NCBI GenBank assembly: GCA_963726195.1
Contig: CAVSBO010000003.1
Location: 480,001-544,000, forward strand
Source: Candidatus Thorarchaeota archaeon
Lineage (GTDB): Archaea > Asgardarchaeota > Thorarchaeia > Thorarchaeales > Thorarchaeaceae
DNA length: 64,000 bases
Reading direction: 5' to 3'
Positions within the stretch are counted from its first letter, which is position 1, and every line of letters starts with the position of its first letter. A model generated the notes under the pieces. The model ran no database searches. It saw only the letters and a list, made by a program, of their open reading frames with translations, and had not been told where the DNA came from. Positions 44,403 to 53,511 of the stretch are shown one piece after another. A program made the translations under genes and the position numbers.

Positions 44403-45047
44403 ATGGCTGAGCAGTTCCTAAGTCGATTGTCACAGATTGAAGCTAGCATTGCTTCACTAGGTGAGACTCTGAAACGCATGATCACGATTCTTACGTCAGT
44501 GACAGAAATAAAGTCAGAACTGAGAGTAACCAAGCAGGAGATACTCGACGCCGTGAGCAAACAAGCTCAAGCCCGTGCTCCTGCTGGATCTGACGAAACG
44601 AGCCGTGTGGTCAGGGAAGAGTTTCAGAGATTGGAGAGATCGCTTACAGAATCCATAGAACGACTTAGGACCGAGATTGCTGACTCCATTCGGAGCATTC
44701 AGACTGCTGCACCAGCATACGGCGGAGAAGCTCAGGCCGCCGCGGTGGCCACCTCGCCCGCAGCCAGCAGGGTGCCGGCAGACAAGGCTATGCAGGTGGC
44801 TGATGTCCTTCAGGGCATCATCGGATCACTCAAGATGGGTTGCATCGCGGGTGACGTTGTCCAGACATTGGCGGACTCGAAGACAGCCATCATGAAGATT
44901 GTGCCAAGCGACGCTGCCATGGTCAAGATTGACCGTTGGACAGGCATGATTGCAGCGTATCCTAAGCGAAACGAACTCCAAGCCAAGGATATACTAAAAC
45001 TCAAACAGGAAATCAAAGCTGAAATTGCCAAATACCAGCCAGCCTAG
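44403..45047 (+). CDS. Coiled-coil protein with C-terminal Vps28-CTD-like helical bundle
   Basis: Heptad-rich N-terminal half, Ala/Pro linker, C-terminal SLKM...A.D...KI..W...I......L....I..L pattern. Confidence 0.6.
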   Translation: MAEQFLSRLSQIEASIASLGETLKRMITILTSVTEIKSELRVTKQEILDAVSKQAQARAPAGSDETSRVVREEFQRLERSLTESIERLRTEIADSIRSIQTAAPAYGGEAQAAAVATSPAASRVPADKAMQVADVLQGIIGSLKMGCIAGDVVQTLADSKTAIMKIVPSDAAMVKIDRWTGMIAAYPKRNELQAKDILKLKQEIKAEIAKYQPA

Positions 45048-45061
45048 ACAGTGAAATCGCC

Positions 45062-45447
45062 CTAGCCGATTAGCTTCTTTGAGGCAATTACTCGCAAAAC
45101 GTCAGTTGATGTGACTATTCCAATAATATCGTTGCCCTCGATTACTGGTATGTGCCTCTTTCCACTCTGATGCATCAATGCTATGGCCTGTGCTAAATCT
45201 GCATCTGGCCTGATGGTAACTACGGGACTGCTCATTATGTCTTCTAGGGTCAGCCGATGGTAGACTCCCTCAGACAGTAGCTGCGCTGCTATGATATCTT
45301 TCTGCGTCACAAGCCCCGCAAGAACCTCATTCTTGGTGACAATCACACTGCCTACGTCTTCTACCGCCATGATCTGGCAGCTTCAACGACGGGAGTAGCC
45401 ACATCTGCTGTGACAATCACGGAGGTCATGAATTCCCTGACGCGCAT
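45062..45447 (-). CDS. CBS-pair domain protein, frameshift near 45375
   Basis: MRVREFMT...; VGSVIV, GLVT.KD, IMSSPV, IPVI, GIVT.TD. Confidence 0.9.
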
Positions 45448-45485
45448 GCTAACGCCTCTCAATAGTGATCATCATGAAGTACAGC

Positions 45486-46088
45486 TCACATTTTCGGTGT
45501 TCGTTCCGCAATTGCTTTGACCAACACGATTTGTGCTATATGCATGAAGACATCCGAGACAGCAGTACCCATCTTTGCCGATGTCTCGAAATACTCAGCT
45601 TGAAACCAGTTCTTGAGCATTATGCCAGGCTGCTGGGGAACCATCCTCTTTGATTCGAGGTCTATCTTGTTTGCACATATAATAGCAGGTGCGTCCGGAC
45701 AGACTTCGCGGAATGATTCATACCACGTATTCATTGCCATAAACGTCTCGGGACGCGTCACATCGTATACTATGATGGCTCCCGAAGCGCCCCTCATGAA
45801 TTGCCTTCTCAGTTCTCTGTACGTGGATTGTCCGCCCATGTCCCATATTATAAGACGCACAGCCCTGGAAACTCCCGACTTGTCGGAGACCCTTGCATCC
45901 TTTGTCGCGAAAGTAGTGCCCACAGTCTGCTTGTACTCATCATCAAAAGCGTTCTCAGTGTACCGGCGAAGCAGCGAAGTCTTTCCCACCGATGCTTCGC
46001 CCAGAAGTACAATCCTGAACTTGTAACCTTCGAAAGCAGAGTCATCTGTGGCACTCGGCCTACCAGTTCGACCCACTTTCTCAGTCAT
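45486..46088 (-). CDS. Rab-like small GTPase
   Basis: GEASVGKT, TVG, WDMGGQ, NKID, ETSAK; no C-terminal prenylation Cys. Confidence 0.93.
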   Translation of the reverse strand: MTEKVGRTGRPSATDDSAFEGYKFRIVLLGEASVGKTSLLRRYTENAFDDEYKQTVGTTFATKDARVSDKSGVSRAVRLIIWDMGGQSTYRELRRQFMRGASGAIIVYDVTRPETFMAMNTWYESFREVCPDAPAIICANKIDLESKRMVPQQPGIMLKNWFQAEYFETSAKMGTAVSDVFMHIAQIVLVKAIAERTPKM

Positions 46089-46241
46089 TATGCAGCTACT
46101 CCTAGTGCTTCTCGCATTCCGGTGTGAAGAAGACCCCTCGCCTGTGACCTTATATCTTTTCTCCGGTCAGAAGGCGACTTGGCGTCACCAAGCATCGTCA
46201 CGCACGACGGCGTGCACATGTTCGACCGCTCAATCAATGCA

Positions 46242-47900
46242 CTAGGGCAGCCGGAACTCGAAAGCTACCGTTGGGTTGCCAATCCCGAACTGGCTGAGCA
46301 CCTCGGGCGATACTTCACCGAAGGAACCAATTCGTGCTTGACCCAACAAGATGTCAGCGCTTCTTCCGTCCACAAATGACAGATTCTTGGCCGAGACAAA
46401 TCTGAACTTGCCATCAAGACCCAGGTTCCTTAGCACGAATGTGAGCTCTGTGATCATGTTCGTCAGATTAACACGACCGTCCGACACCAGCCCACAAACT
46501 GATGTTATCTGTGCAGAGCGGGTCTCCGATCCTTCTTCCGGACTGATAACATCACCCACCTCGAATATCCTATGCGGGTAGTCCGCGTGCTGGTTCTGGC
46601 TTGTGAAGTCGAGGAGGGCAGGAAGCAGAGAGTTGCGAAGAATCGAGTAGTCTAGGCTCTTTGGATTACCGGTTGTAACAAGCTGGCTGTCTCGCATCAT
46701 CTTGGAGTTCATGATATCTGGCGAACTCATTACGTAGGTCATCACTTCTTGGTAACCAACTCCCACCAGCAAGTCACGAGCTTTGTTCTTCAACCGTGTC
46801 TTTGGGAGTAAGCGCCCGGCCGTCGTTGTGAGAGGCATCGTAGGCTGTATCTTATCGAATCCGTACCCAATTGCGACGTCCTCCATTACGTCGACACCGT
46901 GGAGTATGTCGGTCCTGAACGGGGGAACTTCCACTGCTACCTTTCCCTTGCTGGTCACCTTGGCTCCGTAGCACATCCTCTTCAGACAGTCAACAACGTC
47001 TTGGTCCTCAAGCTTGAGTCCGGTCAGTTGCACAACATCATCAGTTGTTACAACCATCTTCTCAGGCCTCAAATCGGGTGTTTCCGTTTCGGTCCCGTCG
47101 GGGTACACTACTGTCACTGACTCTATCTTGCCACCTCTATCAGCGACAGACGTAAGAACTATGTTGAGCGCTTGGTCCACGCATGACTTCTGAGTTCCGG
47201 TGACCTCGACGAAAATGTCGTGAATTTCGACAGTGAGGCGGCCCAAGTCATTGCTGTTGATGACAGGCGGGAGGCTCAAGATTTGATCCTTCGAGTCCTT
47301 CAGAACAGGCCATTTCTTGAAGCCTGATATGATGGGACCGTAAAGCAGCCCCTTCTCGTGTGTCTTGAGAATAGTCGGACCATCGATTGCAACATCTTGA
47401 CCCAAGGGGGCAAACTTGATTGACTCCGGCTTCTCAGGTGCGTATATCACCGGGAACTCTATGTCATTCAACACATAGAGCCCGATGCTTGCCTTCTTCC
47501 TGTTTCTGCCATGAGTCGTTGTGAGGAGTTCTTGAAGATGCATGTAGTCCTTCAGGAGGTCATCACTCATTTGAACGCCCTTGACAATGCCGCAGGAAAT
47601 GAGTGGCCTGACTTTCTCCAGCCCGGGCTTCACGATAACTTGCTTTCCTGACTTCCTAACCAAGAAAGTCTTGAGTCCCGTCTCAATGCCCAGGAATGCT
47701 TTGATTGTCCTTGCGATTCCCTCAGCCGAGAGCATATCCTGCCTATCGGGATTGACTTCGACTTCTATGATGTTCCCCTCAAGTTTCTCTATCTCGACTT
47801 TGAGAAGGAATAGTGTTTCTTCGAGCTTCTGCGTTGTCAGTCTCTGACCAATCAGCTGGAGCAAGTCGTCTAGTCTGCATTCAACTATCACTGCACTCAC
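46242..47900 (-). CDS. pheT: Phenylalanine--tRNA ligase beta subunit
   Basis: EVNPDRQDMLS.EG.AR, SLPPVINS, R.DILH..D..ED.AI.YG; GTG start overlaps the pheS stop. Confidence 0.95.
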   Translation of the reverse strand: MSAVIVECRLDDLLQLIGQRLTTQKLEETLFLLKVEIEKLEGNIIEVEVNPDRQDMLSAEGIARTIKAFLGIETGLKTFLVRKSGKQVIVKPGLEKVRPLISCGIVKGVQMSDDLLKDYMHLQELLTTTHGRNRKKASIGLYVLNDIEFPVIYAPEKPESIKFAPLGQDVAIDGPTILKTHEKGLLYGPIISGFKKWPVLKDSKDQILSLPPVINSNDLGRLTVEIHDIFVEVTGTQKSCVDQALNIVLTSVADRGGKIESVTVVYPDGTETETPDLRPEKMVVTTDDVVQLTGLKLEDQDVVDCLKRMCYGAKVTSKGKVAVEVPPFRTDILHGVDVMEDVAIGYGFDKIQPTMPLTTTAGRLLPKTRLKNKARDLLVGVGYQEVMTYVMSSPDIMNSKMMRDSQLVTTGNPKSLDYSILRNSLLPALLDFTSQNQHADYPHRIFEVGDVISPEEGSETRSAQITSVCGLVSDGRVNLTNMITELTFVLRNLGLDGKFRFVSAKNLSFVDGRSADILLGQARIGSFGEVSPEVLSQFGIGNPTVAFEFRLP

Positions 47901-49406
47901 CTCACGAAGTACTGTCGACGAAGCCAGCTCAGATCTTTTGACAGGACTTCTCGTATGTCGGATATCTGCATGGACGCCATGTACAGCCTCATGGCACCTA
48001 TTCCCCAAGCTCAGGACTGGATCCTTGAGTCCAAGTGGCCGGGTCACCTCGGGTCGAAAGATTCCTCCAGGCGCCACTTCAAACCAACCGAGGGTCTCAT
48101 GTTTAGCGAAGACCTCAACGCTTGGCTCCGTGAACGGGAATTGACCTGGCTTGAACTTCAGCTTCTCCACGCCAACCCTTCTGCATATCTCGCTTAGATA
48201 GCCCATCAAGTCTCGGAGAGTCAGACCTTTGTCCATGATGATGCCCTCGCACTGGTCGAACTCCTGTGCATGTCGTGGGTTTATCTTCTCGGCCCTGAAG
48301 TTTCTGTCAACGATGAACATCTTCTGGGGAGATTCCCGATGCTGGCTGAGAAACCTAACCGAGACAGGCGTGGTGTGAGAGCGAAGGCAAAGTCTAGATG
48401 ATACCTCATTGCTAAATGGCCATTCCCAACCTTTAGACCCGGTGTCACCTCCGTTCTCATGGACTGCCTTAACCAGAGAGTAGTATCCCTTGTCAAGGAT
48501 TAGGCCGTGATCGAAGGGTTGTGTAACGCGAAATTGATCTTGGACCTCTCTGGCCACATGGTCCTGCGGCACGAACAGTACATCATTGTTCCAAAACTCG
48601 GTCTCAACGTAGGGTCCGTACCATTCGGAGAATCCAAGCCCGACGAGAATCTCCCTGAGCCAGTCTGTGAACTCTGCATAGGGATGCTTCTTGCCATAGT
48701 TGCAGGAAGGAGCCTCAATCTCCACATTGTAGGGTTTGAATGATTTGCCTCTCCAAGAGCCGCTTGCCAATATCTCTGGAGTCAGGTCTCCGATTCCTTC
48801 GTGCTCCTGTGCCAACAAATCCTGTGCAAGCTTCTGGCTCTCGCCCTTCACTTGCGACGCATAACTCTTGATGGTCTTGGGCGTGGCGAGAGACCTTTCG
48901 ATGGCTTGGTCGAGCGCTTTTCGAAGTTGCGGGGGAACTTGAGTTTGGCCGCCGTGGAGGAGACTCAGCACTTCAACAACCGGCGAAACGGCGTTCGTAG
49001 CAACGGTCTCTAGTATGGAGTCATTGCCAATCCGGGTTACCTTGACCCATCCGTTCCTTCGTGCCCAATTGACTGCTATCCCTTTCGACACTGGTGTGAG
49101 ACGTGCAGCGGTCACAGCCTTTTCTAGCTCGCTCTTTCCGCCCAGATTCTTGACCGAATTGAAGAGTCGTACCTCGGGCAGACCGTCGTTGACATAACCA
49201 CGACCCTCTTCTGTCAGGGAGAACACAGTGGACTCTTGAGTGTCGATGGTCACGAGACCCTTCGCGGCAAGCGACATCAATATGGAGACGATTCGTGGCT
49301 CGCTCTCACCTAGTTTCTCTGCGAGATTGGCCGCCTTGACTAGACTCTTTGCTGATATCAGTTCGGCAAGTACCGGTCGTTCGCCTTCTGTCAAGTGTTC
49401 GCTCAT
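47897..49406 (-). CDS. pheS: Phenylalanine--tRNA ligase alpha subunit, +1 indel near 48011
   Basis: GLPE, GKKHP, FVPQDH.ARE.QD, LRSHTT, FPFTEPS, GIFRPEV; the true end AWGIGAMRLYM...WLRRQYFVR* is in another frame. Confidence 0.95.
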
Positions 49407-49791
49407 ATGTGAACCAGAACTCCTAGCGACTTTCGCCAGTTATGCGAGTAGAAAACCCCACCAAGTCTATTCCCAACTGAGAAAAAGAATCCTATGAGAC
49501 CGCTGTGAATTGGCAGGGCCACATTCCTTTCGCACCTTTGATTCGGAGGTTGCCACTGACCCCTTTTTTAACCTTATCATGCTCCGGGCTTTCACGGCAC
49601 AGGAGGGAGCAAAGCACGCCGGGCTTGACTTCTCAGTTGGGCCAACCAATCGATGATTAATGCGCATTCAATAAGCCAGTTACATAACGTTAAAATAGAG
49701 TGCCCCTGCGACCTCTCTGTGAGCACTTGGATGCGTCTCCTTGTTCTTCGTGGTTCTGCCATCTGAGAAGGCAGGAAGTGGATGTCCATTG

Positions 49792-50877
49792 ATGGTTGAC
49801 CGATACCAACTGAAACGGAAACTCGCAGAACTCAAGGCATTCAAGGGTAGGCAAAGCTCATTCACAACTCTCACGATTCCTCCAAACAAGGCACTGGCGG
49901 ACGTGATTGGCTTCGTGAGGGCAGAACTCGCTGGATGTGAAAACATCAAGAGTAGGGTCAACAGAAGAAATGTTGCTGACAATCTGACAGCTATTCTGAG
50001 CGAGCTGACGAAGCGACAGTTTTCAGTCCCAGCGAATGGTATCGCATTCTTCTATGGAATCCAAGAGGCAGAGGGAGGAGGAACGGCTCAGGAAATCAGG
50101 GAAATCTTGGTACCTCCTGCTCCACTCACACAGTTCGTTTACATATGCGGCCGGGAGTTTGTGGTCGACGAACTGTTGGCGATGACCCAGCCAAAGAGCC
50201 TCATAGTAATTGTTTTGATCGAGGGAGGAAAGGTCACAGTTGGATACTTGCGCGGCAAGCATATGGAACTCGTACGCGACGAGGACTACTACATCATCGG
50301 AAAAACGAGAGCAGGCGGACAGAGTGCCAGAAGGTTCGAACACATTCGAGATGGATTGATGCTCGACTTCTTCAAACACGTTGGTCGTTTGCTGAACGAA
50401 CTGCTTCTGCCAAACATCGCGAACATTGATGCTATCGTCGTTGGTGGAAACACTATAAGGGCTCAGGAGTTCTTGGACAAGGGTGAGCTCGACTACCGTC
50501 TGAGACAGAAAGTGGCAGAGACCATAATCTCTGTGAGCCAAGTTGACGAGATAGGATTGTACGAGGCCATGAAAGAGGCGTCGAGAATCCTGAGGGAGAC
50601 AGAAATCTACGCGGAAAGACAGGCATGGGACAGCTTCCTTGAGAGCCTGATGAAAGGCTCATCAACAATAACGTACGGAAGGAAGGAAGTCTTGGAAGCC
50701 CTCAAGGGTGGTCGTGTTCAGAAACTGTTGATACTAGAAGACAGCCCTGATCTCACCGATGGCCTCATGCAGGAAGTCTCGAACTACAAAACAGAAATGC
50801 TGGTCTTCTCAAGTCAGACAGAATCAGGCTCGCAGCTACGCGGCTTTGGCGGCATCGCTGCGACGCTACGTTGGTAA
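49792..50877 (+). CDS. prf1: Peptide chain release factor aRF1/eRF1
   Basis: NIKS, YICGREF (YxCxxxF), GGQSARRF, C-terminal FGGIAATLR. Confidence 0.93.
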   Translation: MVDRYQLKRKLAELKAFKGRQSSFTTLTIPPNKALADVIGFVRAELAGCENIKSRVNRRNVADNLTAILSELTKRQFSVPANGIAFFYGIQEAEGGGTAQEIREILVPPAPLTQFVYICGREFVVDELLAMTQPKSLIVIVLIEGGKVTVGYLRGKHMELVRDEDYYIIGKTRAGGQSARRFEHIRDGLMLDFFKHVGRLLNELLLPNIANIDAIVVGGNTIRAQEFLDKGELDYRLRQKVAETIISVSQVDEIGLYEAMKEASRILRETEIYAERQAWDSFLESLMKGSSTITYGRKEVLEALKGGRVQKLLILEDSPDLTDGLMQEVSNYKTEMLVFSSQTESGSQLRGFGGIAATLRW

Positions 50878-50880
50878 TCA

Positions 50881-51306
50881 TCACTTTCTTTCTTGTCCTT
50901 GAGGCAGCTGAGGAAGCTTACTCAGGGTCTCGATGTCATTTGACCAACCGACTAGTTCCGTTGTAATGCCATTGATGTATTCCAAAAGAGACTGCTGGTA
51001 TTTGTGCATGTGCTCCTGTGCGAACTTCCTGTATCTGCTGGAGTAATCATGCACTCTTTCTGGCAAGCCAGTCGACCACATCTGCAGGACGAGCTCTGCT
51101 TTGCGATCCTGGAGAGCCTTCTGTGCTATCTTGGTATTACTGCATTTTGTCAGGAGATCCTCCAAGGATTTCTGCGTAGATATGGTCGCTGCCACGAGCT
51201 CCTTTGCGTCCGCCTTGGTGCTCTCATCTTTGGTTGAGTAATAGACCTGCTTCAACCGTCTCTTGCATTCCATAACACGGGCGAGAAAGCGCGCCAGTTC
51301 GTGCAT
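50881..51306 (-). CDS. Hypothetical all-helical protein
   Basis: ~141-aa charged helical ORF directly downstream of the Cas4-like genes. Confidence 0.65.
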   Translation of the reverse strand: MHELARFLARVMECKRRLKQVYYSTKDESTKADAKELVAATISTQKSLEDLLTKCSNTKIAQKALQDRKAELVLQMWSTGLPERVHDYSSRYRKFAQEHMHKYQQSLLEYINGITTELVGWSNDIETLSKLPQLPQGQERK

Positions 51307-51313
51307 GGTCTCG

Positions 51314-52015
51314 TCAGAACCACTTACCAAGATGACTCTTTTGCTGCAGGACTGAATACCTGCATTCTCCTGACTTCCCGAAGGCGCATGCAGCACACTT
51401 CCGAGGGTTTGGAGATGCATGAGGCTTTTGTCCAGCATACCAGAAGGAATCCAACCTGTGGAGCACATCCAACACCCGGGCAGGTTTGTATCTTCTCGGA
51501 AATGTACGGCCCTTGGAGCATACTATGCATCGAGATGGAAGGGACCTGTTTGCACATAACGAGGCATCTGCCTGTTTACAGTATATTACAAGAAGGATTG
51601 TGCATCCGCAATCGACACCTCGGCTCGCGAAAGCCAGTGAGTATAACCCTGCCTGAAAGAAGTCCTCCGGTCTTCCATTCGTAGGCAGATGACGGGTAGG
51701 AAACTTTCTTTCAATCATCATCGTAAGCATAGGAGTCTCACCGAAGCGAAGAATGGCTTGGTCGAATCTTCCTCTAAACCCGTGTTCGGGACAGGATACC
51801 ATTTGCTCCTTGAATATGTAGCAACGATCCGAACTGACGTTTCTAGTTCTGCCATCAAGGAAGTCGTCAATATTCCCTTGTCCCGCAACGCATTCGCTCA
51901 GAATCCGCGCGCTTGATCTCGGCAATTTGCTTATTCGAAACATGGTTAGTATGATGGCCCCTCCAACAACCGCCAGCCCAAATACCTGAGGGGCAAACGA
52001 GTCCATCATCATCAC
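51314..52015 (-). CDS. Cas4/RecB-like PD-(D/E)XK nuclease core with N-terminal TM
   Basis: GRFD...IERKF...FQAGLY motifs and C-terminal KCAAC-x6-C; hydrophobic N-terminus. Confidence 0.8.
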   Translation of the reverse strand: MMMMDSFAPQVFGLAVVGGAIILTMFRISKLPRSSARILSECVAGQGNIDDFLDGRTRNVSSDRCYIFKEQMVSCPEHGFRGRFDQAILRFGETPMLTMMIERKFPTRHLPTNGRPEDFFQAGLYSLAFASRGVDCGCTILLVIYCKQADASLCANRSLPSRCIVCSKGRTFPRRYKPARVLDVLHRLDSFWYAGQKPHASPNPRKCAACAFGKSGECRYSVLQQKSHLGKWF

Positions 52016-52269
52016 CCCCAGATGGAGACAATCAAAGTAACGAGAGCGAATGCGACGAGCAGAGCGATGATACCGAGACGGCGTTTGGCACTGGGCCTAG
52101 GCATCGTGTCTCCGGTCTCGTGTAGCCAAGACCCTACTGAAGCGGCCCTAGTCTGAATCGTATCACGGCCCTGTTCCATATACAGACGATACTCACACTG
52201 AAACTGAGTTCTCAAATCCGTAACGTCTCGCCAAATGTGTTCAGGCTCGGAGGGAGGTGGCGAAGGCAG
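52012..52269 (-). CDS. N-terminal moiety of Cas4-like nuclease with C-terminal TM
   Basis: VTDL..QFQCEYRLY...G...HE matches the Cas4 N-terminal Cys and motif-I His, followed by a TM helix; frame is open from CTG at 52269. Confidence 0.7.
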   Translation of the reverse strand: MPSPPPSEPEHIWRDVTDLRTQFQCEYRLYMEQGRDTIQTRAASVGSWLHETGDTMPRPSAKRRLGIIALLVAFALVTLIVSIWG

Positions 52270-52444
52270 TCAATCAACTCCTGCAGTCCCGTTCGGCGCG
52301 TACTCTGAAAAGGAGCACCATACTCAGCACATGGTTGAGGGACCAAGACGAGTCCAGTGGCGCTTTCTTTATATTGGACTTTCATAGTTGGTAGCTTTGC
52401 ACAAACACATCCGCTATGCCACAGGCATTAATATGGGTGATAAG

Positions 52445-52864
52445 ATGCCAAGCACTTACGAAGGAGCAACATCCGGCAGGGTTCTGGTTTTTGATGAGAG
52501 CGACAGTGTTCGGTTTCCCAAAGCGTTCAAGACAGCATTGGGCACTAGCAAGGGACTCATGGTCCTCGCACACAAGGACCGACTAATCCGAATCTACCCA
52601 ATAGAAACGGATGAAGTGAGCTTTCTCTCGCTGGAGATAGGGAAGCTGACAAATGACTTTCTCACGAAGCTGTCGCAGATTTTCAAGAAATCGGGACTTG
52701 TCGACCTGCTATATTCAACCGGTGTCTGCCTCCGTGGAACGAAGTGCTTCTACGAGTGCTATTTCTCACCAAAACAACTCTCAGTTGGGCTAGATGAGCT
52801 TCGAGGATCGCTCAAGAGCCTCGAAGGCGTCAAGAATGTCGTCATAGAGAAAGTGCCATCGTAA
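52445..52864 (+). CDS. AbrB-like + ACT-like domain regulator (putative)
   Basis: D....V.FPK swapped-hairpin-like N-terminus; ACT-like C-terminus (L..LEGV..V.I). Confidence 0.55.
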   Translation: MPSTYEGATSGRVLVFDESDSVRFPKAFKTALGTSKGLMVLAHKDRLIRIYPIETDEVSFLSLEIGKLTNDFLTKLSQIFKKSGLVDLLYSTGVCLRGTKCFYECYFSPKQLSVGLDELRGSLKSLEGVKNVVIEKVPS

Positions 52865-53085
52865 TCATTTCTCTCATCCGCAGGACTGCCCTTCACGTTC
52901 CTTTTTGACTGAGTGGATTAGTCTGTTGAAGGCGTGTCCGCTAGGCGAGCATCGTCTCTGCTCACTGCTCTGACAAACAGGTCGTCCTCAACAAGAGCTA
53001 TGGAGGCATAGACGAGAAGCCAGAGGAGAGTCACAATTCTTAAGTGACGGATGATTGGGACAGTCGCTAGCCTCTGGTGAACCAT

Positions 53086-53511
53086 ATGCCCGGAACTACC
53101 TTGACTGAGATTAAGTGCGACAAATGCCAGAAAGTCTTCGAAACTGAGGTCATAGAGCACATCGATCTCGCAGAAGATGGAAGCCTAGCGACGCAAGTCA
53201 AGTCGGGAAAGCTGAATCGAGCAGTCTGCCCCCAATGCAAGAAGGTCACGTACAGGGAACGCCCCGTGGTACTCAACTTCGAGCCAGAGAATCTCATTGT
53301 CCTCTTTGATACATCAGCAAAGACACCTCAAGTGAAAGAGACGCTGAGAAAGGAGTACGAGACTCTAATACATTACAACGAAATCTTCGAGGAAGTTGGG
53401 AAGGAAACCGAGTTCCGAGTCATCAGTGAGCTGAACGAGTTGAAGAAGCTCATCGACGATTACGTCAAGAGTCACTGGCTGTCAGAATCAGAGCCGCTTT
53501 TTCCCAAGTAG
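53086..53511 (+). CDS. CpXC domain protein
   Basis: CDKC..F...ID......L...V..G.LN...CPQC. Confidence 0.85.
   Translation: MPGTTLTEIKCDKCQKVFETEVIEHIDLAEDGSLATQVKSGKLNRAVCPQCKKVTYRERPVVLNFEPENLIVLFDTSAKTPQVKETLRKEYETLIHYNEIFEEVGKETEFRVISELNELKKLIDDYVKSHWLSESEPLFPK

Noticed and set aside
46242-49406. 1054-aa PheS-PheT fusion ORF
   Set aside because: An extra base near 48011 shifts pheS into the pheT frame. The genuine PheS C-terminus (AWGIG...) and a GTGA stop/start overlap at 47897-47900 are visible in the other frame.
49420-49780. Possible regulatory RNA between pheS and aRF1
   Set aside because: Only short stems and no T-box or other recognisable consensus; explained by divergent promoters.
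51314-52269. CRISPR-Cas locus
   Set aside because: No repeat-spacer array, cas1, cas2 or effector genes were seen anywhere in the window.
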